Shown piece after piece: positions 9,281-19,653 of a DNA stretch of 20,994 nucleotides (positions are counted from its first letter, which is position 1; each line of letters opens with the position of its first letter). Below the pieces are notes generated by a model. The model did not search any database. It was not told the DNA's origin and saw only the letters and a program-made list of their open reading frames with translations. The stretch is from Tubiluchus corallicola (lineage: Eukaryota; Animalia; Priapulida): assembly GCA_030141605.1 (NCBI GenBank), contig JAQGDQ010001411.1:1-20994 (forward strand), written 5' to 3'. The translations under genes and the position numbers were made by a program.

Positions 9281-10080
9281 AGTGGTGTACCGCAAGGGCG
9301 TGTTCTGAGACCTTTGTTAGTTATGGTTTATAGCAGTTAGATAACATTATAAGTGCAATTAAGCTTTTAAGCTAAGATATAATGTGGTGTACCGCAAGGA
9401 CGTGTTCTGTTAGTTATGGAATATGGCAGTTAGATGACATTATAAGCGGAATTAAGGTTTTAGGCTAAGATATAATTTGGTGTACCTCAAGGAAGTGTTT
9501 TGTTAGTTATGAAATATAGCAGTTAGATAACATTATAAACGGAATTAAGCTTTTAGGCTAAGATATAATGTGGTGTACTGCAAGTTCGTGTTCTGAGACC
9601 TTTGTTAGTTATGGTTTATTAGTTTTAGTTTTTAGTTTAGTTTATTATTATCACATTCAGTACAATATAATGACATTAAGCACACAGTGACATCAAAATT
9701 GTTACGTCATACTGTAATAAATTATTATGTTTCATACACTATCTTTACCATAAAAGAACAATTGTACTGCAGTGGGTTAGAGAAGCAAAGGCTTGTATAA
9801 GCCCACTGTCATGTGAACCCGATAAAAAAGAATGGATGAGTGAACAAAAAAAGAACTGGGAGAAAGGTTAGATCACACAGGAAGGGTAGAAGGATGTGTT
9901 AGTGGAAATGGTAGGGAGAAAGATAATAGATTGTGCGATGTTGACGTCAGCTCTAAAGATTTATCAATGATGCCTTGTTTTGCGTAACAAGGTTTATAAC
10001 AGTTAGATGACGTTATAAGCGGAATTAGCTTTTACGTTAAGGTATAATCTGGTGTACCGCAAGGCATCATTTTGTCACCT
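9281..10080 (+). repeat. 93-102 bp tandem repeat derived from a non-LTR retrotransposon RT core, interrupted by an insertion
   Basis: Units start at 9282, 9384, 9477, 9570 and ~10049. The first reads SGVPQGRVLRPLLVMVYS, then in a shifted frame LDNIISAIKLL; the last reads GVPQGIILSP. This resembles the LINE RT segment SGVPQGSVLGPLLF...IKLFADD. Confidence 0.8.
9620..9990 (-). mobile_element. 5'-truncated LINE 3' UTR (L2/CR1-group-like) with 7-bp TSD
   Basis: GGTTTAT at 9613-9619 and 9991-9997, and the host repeat resumes in register. The minus strand ends AATAATAAAA + (CTAAA)n-like tail. Stem-loop CAGTGGG 9770-9776 / CCCACTG 9802-9808 encloses ACAAGCCTTTGCTT (minus strand). Confidence 0.75.
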
Positions 10081-10957
10081 GTAACATCAATAATCGATTG
10101 TAATGAAACTTATATTGCAAGAATTTGTAGACCATAAGTGGGTCACACGTTGGGCCTACCTAAAAGTACGAGCTGCATCGTGCAATCAGTAAAAATAACT
10201 AATTTAAATGATTTATGATCATCATCTTTTACATTTCTACACCTGCACCACATCACGGTGATTGTGTTCTTAGTTTACTAGAAATGGCAATCATAATAAA
10301 CAAATGATTAATTAATAATTAATAGTTATTAGCCGAGTCGAGTCGAGCAATTAAAGTAAACGGTCGAGTCGTCACAGTGTGTGCTTTGTGCCTGAAGTTA
10401 AGCAACGCCAAGACCGGCTACTGATTGCCAAAATGACTTCAGGTCGTCTTGACACAGCAATATAGGTTCCTGGGCAAAGCAGTGCATTAGGACCCCTACC
10501 CACACAACCACACGCACAGGAATCAAAAATATAAATGGTCAATAAAATTCAACACATATTTATTGCACTGATACAACAAAACCAGTGTTTAAACATTAAA
10601 AACATGCTGTACAGAAAAGATTAATCAACACATGCGTTTTACCGGTAAAACACAAGCGTCAAAAAACACAAAAAATTCAATATTGACATCATATCACAAA
10701 ATGATATACACAAATTAACACGAGGACCTTATGGCCGTGGTGCGCATGCGCGAACCTGGATGACTTCCTGCTGGGATACTCGTTTTGAGTGGTTTCACTG
10801 ACCACAGTCCCTTCTTACCACATCTCTGCCCGTTTAATCACACATGTTAAAGCCTCAGTATTCGTGATAAATCCCCGATTTCGCTAAAAATCAACATTTA
10901 AAAAATAAGAACCAGCATTCCGTGTTCCCTCATTGTTAAATTATACATTCTTAAGAG

Positions 10958-11325
10958 ATTTGTAACTTGTATCGCCTCTCAAGGCACTTGAGCTTTAGTT
11001 CTTACATATATGAGCTCATATATGAGCTTCATTCATTACATCATTCCATTCTGAAGCACTAAATGTTTTCTTTATCTTACGATTCACTTCAAATTTTCAG
11101 ATTATTTTCATTACTTTTTCTTTCACAGTGTGGGACAATCTAACAAGCACTGCTTTCTGATTGCCCGCAACACATTTACATTTGTAAGTAGGTAAACAGT
11201 GTGTGAGGCTTTTCCTGTGCAGAAACAATAAAAACTTATTTGTATTATGTTCATTGTAGGCCCTTTCACTATATATTGTACATAAAACTATTGTAAATAT
11301 GTAACGTTAAATAAATGACTTCTTG
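10958..11325 (+). mobile_element. Probable LINE 3'-end remnants (one or two adjacent fragments)
   Basis: AAGGCACTTGAGC...ATATATGAGCTTCATTCATT (10981-11038) resembles L2 termini. Stem-loop GGGACAATC...GATTGCCC (11132-11166) encloses ACAAGCACTGCTTT, like the 9770-9808 motif. A TGTA-rich tract ends in AATAAA near 11310. Confidence 0.45.
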
Positions 11326-11685
11326 AGCAACCGTGCATTGGTAAAAAAAATTTGGGAATAATTTTTAAAAAATGTATCACATACGCATATATTTATATCC
11401 ATCTTACGGTACATATAATACACTTTGTGCGACATATTGATTTCAATCAGTGGTCACAAAATACGTTACAGTAAAATGAGAATCCTCAGTGTTAAAAATA
11501 TCTTTTCACACAAAAACAATGGTGGATAAGACTAAAAGCAATATTTCAATGCACACATTTACATACATAAGTGCAATACAATGAAATAGTATAATAAATA
11601 ATATACAACAGACAAAAATTACATTAAATTATGTTGATATTTACACCTTACGCACATATAAGTGCAACACGTAACAAAAATTTCA

Positions 11686-11842
11686 ATGTTATGTTATTTT
11701 ATTTTATTTTATTTTATGTTATGTTATGTTATGTTATGTTACGTTACATTACATTGCATTGCATTGTATTACATTACATTACATTACATTATACTATATT
11801 ATATTACATTACATTACATTACATTACATTACATTACATTAT
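11686..11842. repeat. Compound pentanucleotide microsatellite (ATTTT)n(ATGTT)n(ACATT)n
   Basis: Direct reading; explains ORFs 11631 and 11662. Confidence 0.95.
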
Positions 11843-11970
11843 ATTAAAGCAAAAAATAAAAACAATAATATATCATATAACATGACATAAAATTGGAACA
11901 GTGAAGTACCATAAATTGTTCCTTGAAGGAATCCACAATCAGCCCAGTGGATTTAGAATATAATGATCTT

Positions 11971-12001
11971 TATATATATATATAAAATTTTTATTTATTC
12001 A

Positions 12002-12036
<35 letters not shown>

Positions 12037-12047
12037 TTATTTATTTT
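11971..12047. repeat. Two (TA)n runs, each followed by AAA.TTT(T)ATTTATT
   Basis: Direct reading. Confidence 0.85.
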
Positions 12048-13092
12048 GAGTGGATTTACAACACAATAACTATTACTGATCACAGTACTTCGTGACATTT
12101 AATGATCTTTCATGACAATGGTTTTCCCTTCATTCCACTTGACTGTCTATCAGTTTAGAGTCAGTGCCATCAGCGCCATCATGTGAGTGTTCGTCTCGTA
12201 ACTTTTTCAACAATAGCCTATAAGTCTTTTGCTCTCCAGCCATGCATTTTGTCACTAGCATAGCAAAAATCAGGAGTTTAAATGGCTTCAACGACCATTA
12301 CTCCTCGACACATTTCGCAGAAGATAAAGCTACTTTATAGCAGCTTGCTTCTCACGCGGTTTCTGGCTTCGCAGTCTAGGGGTGTCGCCTGGAACTTTGG
12401 GAGAATTCCCGAAAGAATCGGATTTTTAACGACTTTTGAAGATCTGGAAGCGATTACCTGTCGGGGAGGTGACAAAGCTCAACTGGTCTACGTGGTCTTC
12501 AAGCACGCCTCCAGAAAAGTGGCTCCCTCTATCTCAGTCTGCCTGGCAGCGCTTCTGTCCAGCAATTGAAGCATATCGATCATTAAAGGAGTTTATCGGC
12601 TGCTCAACTAAATGAATTATTCAAACTGTAGGCAAATGTCTAGTCGTGAATGTAGCAGTGATCAGAGCATGGGTAAAATTGGATTTGAACGTTACTTACC
12701 AGACAGCAATGGCGGAAATCAATGAACCAAAACTGCACCACGTGGCCCACTGCATCATGTCATGTGACGAGTACCAATCGTCCAATAACATTACACCGTG
12801 TACATTCGGCCGCTAAACGGTACGTTCTTTTGTTGTTCTCCACAATAAGGTATCTTTCAAAATTCGAGATGTTTCATTGAGGTTCTTTTTGTGTCAAATC
12901 TGTTCATGTGAACAGTCTACCTCCTCTTGGCTGCTTTGACGGTTGAATTTGATTCATAGAAAACTTCAATAAGTGGGCTGTCTTCAGGTAATCTCTAAGC
13001 ATGACCCACTCAGCTAAGTTTCCTGTGTTTGATCTTCCTGGTCCATTTTTTCTTCCTTGACTTTGTCTTGCAAATCTTTGTTGCTTATAACT

Positions 13093-13612
13093 TATTTACA
13101 CAATGCGACCCAAACGAACAAGAAATAGAACAGGAAGCACATTTGCTCTTCCACTGTGGTAGATATGAGCGACTAAGAAACAGCCTTTATACAGAAATTA
13201 GCTCTCTGTATCCAAACTTTACTTACTTATCAGATGATGACAAATTAAAATTATTATTAGACTCAAACGATTCAGAAATTCTCCAAATTGCTTCTAATTT
13301 TGTTTTAAAATGTTTCACTTTCAGGATGTAATTATAATAAAAAAATCAACTATATATATAATTAACATCACTTATCTAAATTAAATATTACATGTGTATG
13401 CAACTATCTTAAATTTGTGTTTATGTACATTTATGTTGTATCATTGGGTTTATACATCAAAGTTTGATGTTCTGTCTTTAGTTTAAATTACTGAATTTCA
13501 CTTGTAATATTGTATTCTTAGTATATGATTTTATGTATCTAATTATATCTTTGTAATCAGTGTTTGTATAATGTGAATTGTAATTGTAATTGTAATTACC
13601 CTATAAAATATG
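13093..13612 (+). mobile_element. 5'-truncated LINE: ORF2 C-terminal zinc-knuckle region plus 3' UTR (RTEX-like, clade tentative), 8-bp TSD
   Basis: Reads TQCDPNEQEIEQEAHLLFHCGRYERLRNSLY...KCFTFRM* (stop ends at 13331), matching the C..C....EDE.HF...C..Y..LR knuckle. An AT-rich UTR with (TGTAAT)n follows. TTATAACT at 13085-13092 and 13613-13620. Confidence 0.85.
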
Positions 13613-13704
13613 TTATAACTCTTGTCCATTTTATTTGCAACATGTAGCTGCTTATTTACTTTCAACATCCACAATTCCGAATTGTATAGAAAAAGTACAA
13701 AGAT

Positions 13705-13890
13705 AATATTTATTTACCGTCGTTCATGTAACAGACAACATTGGCACTAATGGCTATTTACCGAGTTACAACAATACAGGTAAAGATACGACACACAAAT
13801 AACGAATAATATGTCCTGACGTTAGCAGTTGCTAGATTCGAACTCAAGACCGCGTGGTTGCAGTCCGAAATCTAAACCACCCAACCCAAG
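13705..13890 (-). mobile_element. tRNA-derived SINE-like remnant
   Basis: Minus strand GGTTGGGTGGTTTAGATTTCGGACTGCAACCACGCGGTCTTGAGTTCGAATCTAGC has a B-box-like GTTCGAATC (13843-13835) and tRNA-like spacing. It ends near TAAATAAAT and lies between two adjacent RTE motifs. No clear TSD. Confidence 0.6.
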
Positions 13891-14522
13891 AAAATGGAAC
13901 AGTAATAACTCAGGCATTTAAGCATTAAAGATCCCAAGTTTACACTTACAACTTGCACTTATATTCTTGTTACTAAAGATATTTTTTCAAGTTTTGACTA
14001 TTGCCAATATTTTCTTTCTTTTCATATCTTCTTCGGTGCCTAAGAGACTGTCGAGGTATCTACATTTCTTCTAAGATTCATCACGTTTGCGTTTAAAGTG
14101 AAACTCCTCAGTTTTGCTGTCATTTTCTTTCAAGTTAATTTCTTTCATCTTTACTGGCAAAGGTTCGTTTAATGGCCTCAATTTCTTCTTTTGTCTTCGC
14201 CAAAAAACAAACATCATCAGAATGTTGTCGATGATGGAAGCGTGTTCCTTCTTCACACAGCTGATGTGCTCTTTTAGGTGATCTGATGGTATTGGATTTA
14301 CCATCCCTACTCCCTCATGTTCATAGCTGATTTTGCATAAACTACCATCTTATCAATGATTTTCCTAATAATTTTTTTTATGCAAAGCTCCATCCACTAT
14401 TTACTAAACTTACTTCATTCATACTTCAGACGTTATACGTCTTTGAGGTTGCTTGTGAAGTTTTATTCTGTTGTGATTTAATTTTTCTCAGATTAGAGGG
14501 TTTAAAAGATTTATTTATTTAT

Positions 14523-14525
<3 letters not shown>

Positions 14526-14613
<88 letters not shown>
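14526..14613. repeat. (CT)44 microsatellite
   Basis: Direct reading. Confidence 0.97.
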
Positions 14614-14618
<5 letters not shown>

Positions 14619-15797
14619 ATTGACATTGTTTGTGAAGTTTTATACTGATGTGATTTTGTCAGATTATCCTACAATTAGAGGGATTTACGTTATACAAACA
14701 TAATGTAAAATAAAAGATTTATTTATGCTATTCGATTTGGAGTCTAAATCAATGTAATTATGATCGGTTGTAATTGTTGGTTCCTTTTAAGACTGATCTA
14801 AGGCAACAGCCAAGTAGAAAGTGAATAACATGGGATTTAGGCACCCTCCTTGAGGTACTCCTAGGTACTGACATTCAAGTTCCTGCGCCTGCGCAATAAC
14901 GATCAACTTACAAAATTGATTCAATAGCATTTTGTTACTTCTTGAATGTGTAAATGAAGGAATCCTTGAAAGAAACGAAAGAAGAAGAACGAAAGGACGA
15001 AATTAATCAATTGCGTATTAATTAAATTAATAAATTAAATCAATAAATTAACAAATAAATAGTAAATAAGCGAGGGAAAGAACAAATAAAAGCAGGAAGA
15101 TATGAACAGCGAAACAAATAGTCAACAACAAACAGTCAATTAAAATGAAATTAATTTTGAGGCTGCTGTTACCGTCGCTACGGTTCCGTTGCTTGCCTGG
15201 AATGTGAACACAGCTTTTTTCATCAAATGCTACGATGACAAGCTCGTAAGCTAATTAAATTTTTAACCAGCAGATGAAATACTGGAATCTATTTGCTTTG
15301 AGGAGTAAGGGCTATAGTGCCGTCTGTTGATTTAGCTAACAGCATAACGCTTTGAGGTCACAGAGCAAACAGAAGGGTCTGCCAACATCAAACCAAACGA
15401 AACACATTGAAATTTAGTTAGCAGCGATAAATGAGCAGTAGAGAAACTGTTTCGCGCATGCGCTCTGCAGACTCCTAGAAACATCTCGAATAAGAATTGT
15501 GGTTGCCTCCATTAAACTAATCCGGAATGTCAAGCATTGGGTTATGCCTTATTGTGTTTTTTCTGGACTACGGAATAACTCTATTGTGACGTCATAATTA
15601 TAGCGGAACAACAACGAGAATGAGAGCGAGGCCGACTTCACAGCGAAACAGACCACTTTATAAGGTTGGATCAGTACGATCTTTGCGAGACTGTTTCTTG
15701 TTAATGATTCGAAAATGGATTTGAAAGTCTAACTGAAGACGAATTCGATTTAGATTTGAAATCTTTAAATTCGGTTTGATTCGACTTTGAAAGTCAC

Positions 15798-16459
15798 AAA
15801 TTCGATTCAGGGAGAGAATGCCCACCCCTAATCGCGGATGTTACCCCTCTCCCCCTGCACATCCACAACTTAAATTCGATTCAGGGAGAGAATGCCCTCC
15901 CCTAATTGCGATGTTACCCCTCTCCCTCTGCACATCCACAACTTAAGTCTGATTCTGGTAGAGAATGGTCACCCCTAATTGCAATGTTACCCCCTCTTCT
16001 TCTGCACATCCACAACTTAAATTCGATTCTGGTAGAGAATGGTCACCCCTAATTGCGATGTTACCCCCTTTCCCTCTGCACATCCATAACTTAAGTCTGA
16101 TTCTGGTAAAGAATGCCCTCCCCTAATTGCGATGTTACCCCTCTCCCTCTGCACATCCACAACTTAAGTCTGATTCTGGTAGAGAATGGTCACCCCTAAT
16201 TGCAATGTTACCCCCTCTTCTTCTGCACATCCACAACTTAAATTCGATTCTGGTAGAGAATGCCCTCCCCTAATTGCGATGTTACCCCCTCTCCCTCTGC
16301 ACATCCACAACTTAAATTCGATTCTGGTAGAGAATGCCCTCCCCTAATTGCGATGTTACCCCCTCTCCCTCTGCACATCCACAACGTAAGTCTGATTCTG
16401 GTAGAGAATACCCTCCCCTAATCGCGATGTTACGCCCTTTCCCTCTGCACATCCACAAC
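15798..16459. repeat. Tandem array, 73-74 bp unit, 9 copies
   Basis: (G/A)AGAAT anchor at 15814, 15888, 15961, 16035, 16109, 16182, 16256, 16330 and 16404; core CCCCTAATTGCGATGTTACCCC...CTGCACATCCACAACTTAA. Confidence 0.96.
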
Positions 16460-16851
16460 ATTAGAAACCGTCTGAACTGCAAAGCTCTCAGAAGCTTGAT
16501 GGATCACTGTCAACGATCGGCCAATCATTTCCACGAGTTTTGTTAAAATTCACGCGGGAGAAAAGCCTCCTTGTCGCGAATTTCCGCTTCCTGTAAAACG
16601 TGAATAAACTAATGCAAGATGTTGTTCATTTTGGGTCGAGATTCCGTTACTGTGTCTCCAATCAATATGCTGGAGGAGACGGCTGCTTCTCTAGAGGTAA
16701 GCGAGGCATGCAAGGGTGTCACATGCTGTTAGTGTTGATATACTTTAGTGGTCATAGATAATGGACTATAGTCTGCTAGAGTTCTGAGTCAGAAACATTG
16801 AAATTGGAAATTATGCACTAGGGTTTCTGTCAACTTAATGCAGTCACGATT

Positions 16852-19421
16852 TATTGTGACATGGCTGATATCATCTTAATGCATGCATGATCTACTGCGA
16901 CATGGCTGATATCATTTTACTGCATGCATGATCTATTGTGACATGGTTGATATCATCTTACTGCATGCATGATCTATTGTGACATGGCTGATATCATCTT
17001 ACTGCATGCATGATCTATTGTGACATGGTTGATATCATCTTACTGCATGCATGATCTATTGTGACATGGCTGGTATCATCTGACTGCATGCATGATCTAT
17101 TGTGACATGGTTGATATCATCTTACTGCATGCATGATCTATTGTGACATGGTTGATATCATCTTACTGCATGCATGATCTATTGTGACATGGCTGATATC
17201 ATCTTAATGCATGCATGATCTATTGTGACATGGCTGGTATCATCTTACTGCATGCATGATCTATTGTGACATGGCTGGTATCATCTGACTGCATGCATGA
17301 TCTATTGTGACATGGCTGATATCATCTTACTGCATGCATGATCTATTGTGACATGGCTCATATCATCTTAATGCATGCATGATCTACTGTGACGTGGCTG
17401 ACATCATTTTACTGCATGCATGATCTATTGTGACATGGCTGATGTCATCTTACTGCATGCATGATCTATTGTGACATGGCTGATATCATTTTACTGCAGG
17501 CATGATCTACTGTGACATGGTTGATATCATCTTACTGCATGCATGATCTATTGTGACATGGCTCATATCATCTTAATGCATGCATGATCTACTGTGACGT
17601 GGCTGACATCATTTTACTGCATGCATGATCTATTGTGACATGGCTCATATCATTTTACTGCATGCATGATCTATTGTGACATGGCTGATATCATCTTACT
17701 GCATGCATGATCTATTGTGACATGGCTCATATCATCTTAATGCATGCATGATCTACTGTGACGTGGCTGACATCATCTTACTGCATGCATGATCTATTGT
17801 GACATGGCTGGTATCATCTGACTGCATGCATGATCTATTGTGACATGGCTGATATCATCTTACTGCATGCATGATCTATTGTGACATGGCTCATATCATC
17901 TTAATGCATGCATGATCTACTGTGACGTGGCTGACATCATTTTACTGCATGCATGATCTATTGTGACATGGCTGATGTCATCTTACTGCATGCATGATCT
18001 ATTGTGACATGGCTGATATCATTTTACTGCAGGCATGATCTACTGTGACATGGTTGATATCATCTTACTGCATGCATGATCTATTGTGACATGGTTCATA
18101 TCATCTTAATGCATGCATGATCTACTGTGACGTGGCTGACATCATTTTACTGCATGCATGATCTATTGTGACATGGCTCATATCATCTTAATGCATGCAT
18201 GATCTATTGTGACATGGCTGATATCATCTTACTGCATGCATGATCTATTGTGACATGGCTGATGTCATCTTACTGCATGCATGATCTATTGTGACATGGC
18301 TGATATCATTTTACTGCAGGCATGATCTATTGTGACATGGCTGATATCATCTTACTGCAGGCATGATCTACTGTGACATGGCTGGTATCATCTTACTGCA
18401 TGCATGATCTACTGTGACATGGCTGATATCATTTTACTGCATGCATGATCTACTGTGACATGGCTGATATTATGTTACTGCATGCATGATCTATTGTGAC
18501 ATGGCTGATATCATTGTACTGCATGCATGATCTATTGTGACATGGCTGATATCATTTTACTGCATGCATGATCTATTGTGACATGGCTGATATCATCTTA
18601 CTGCATGCATGATCTACTGTGACATGGCTGATGCCATCTTACTGCACTCATGATCTATTGTGACATGGCTGATGTCATCTTACTGCATGCATGATCTACT
18701 GCGACATGGTTGATATCATCTTACTGCATGCATGATCTATTGTGACATGGCTGATATCATTTTACTGCATGCATGATCTATTGTGACATGGCTGATATCA
18801 TTTTACTGCATGCATGATCTACTGTGACATGACTGATATCATTTTACTGCATGCATGATCTACTGTGACATGGCTGATATCATTTTACTGCATGCATGAT
18901 CTACTGTGACATGGCTGATATCATTTTACTGCATGCATAATCTATTGTGACATGGCTGGTATCATCTGACTGCATGCATGATCTATTGTGACATGGCTCA
19001 TATCATCTGACTGCATGCATGATCTATTGTGACATGGCTGATATCATTTTACTGCATGCATGATCTATTGTGACATGGTTGGTATCATCTTACTGCATGC
19101 ATGATCTATTGTGACATGCTGATGTCATCTTACTGCATGCATGATCTACTGCGACATGGCTGATATCATCTTACTGCAGGCATGATCTACTGTGACATGG
19201 CTGACATTATGTTACTGCATGCATGATCTATTGTGACATGGCTCATATCATCTTACTGCATGCATGATCTACTGCGACATGGCTGATATCATCTTACTGC
19301 ATGCATGATCTACTGTGACGTGGCTGATATTATGTTACTGCATGCATGATCTACTGTAACGTGGCTGACATCATTTTACTGCAGGCATGATCTACTGTAA
19401 CGTGGCTGACATCTCTTTACA
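16852..19421. repeat. Satellite/minisatellite, 41-bp unit, ~62 copies
   Basis: Consensus ATCTATTGTGACATGGCTGATATCATCTTACTGCATGCATG, with degenerate edges. Confidence 0.98.
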
Positions 19422-19427
19422 GTGGAT

Positions 19428-19653
19428 CATGAATGCAGTGAGGTAACATAAACCACGTGACAATAAAACCCATATGCAGTGAGACCATGTCAACCATATC
19501 ACAGACAAGCCTGCATACAGTGAGATCTTGTTAATCACACTACCGTAGATCATGCATGCAATGAAGCAATGTCAACAATATCACAGAAAATCATAATACA
19601 TGCAGTGAGACCATGTCAATCATGTCATAGTAGATCATCCATGCAATGAGAAT
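19428..19653 (-). repeat. ~5.5 degenerate inverted copies of the 41-bp unit
   Basis: For example GTAGATCATGCATGCAATGAAGCAATGTCAACAATATCACAG and CATGCAGTGAGACCATGTCAATCATGTCATAGTAGATCAT, versus reverse-complement consensus CATGCATGCAGTAAGATGATATCAGCCATGTCACAATAGAT. Confidence 0.85.

Larger units (their letters stand above)
12860..14345 (-). mobile_element. Decayed RTE-like LINE (RT YADD motif through C-terminal region), interrupted twice
   Basis: Minus-strand translation across stops and frameshifts: QHSDDVCFLAKTKEEIEAIKR (HSDD at 14224-14213, degenerate YADD); LPVKMKEINLKENDSKTEEF...*KKCRYLDSLLGTEEDMKRKKILAI; KNIFSNKNIS...IFNA*; FLYNSELWML; IKWTRVISNKDL; WTRKIKHRKLS*VGHA*RLPEDSP; KQPRGGRLFT*TDL. 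Motif order matches RTE-clade ORFs (YLGS, LYxSExW, W.GH..R, R.RGR...W). Confidence 0.88.

Noticed and set aside
11631-11885. YITLH-repeat ORFs
   Set aside because: Pentanucleotide microsatellite artefacts.
13830-13890. Functional tRNA gene
   Set aside because: A B-box is present, but I could not build a convincing acceptor stem or full cloverleaf; SINE-derived is more likely.
16852-19421. CRISPR-like array (also considered for the 54-, 74- and 90-bp arrays)
   Set aside because: Units are contiguous with no unique spacers, there are no cas-like ORFs, and the context is eukaryotic.
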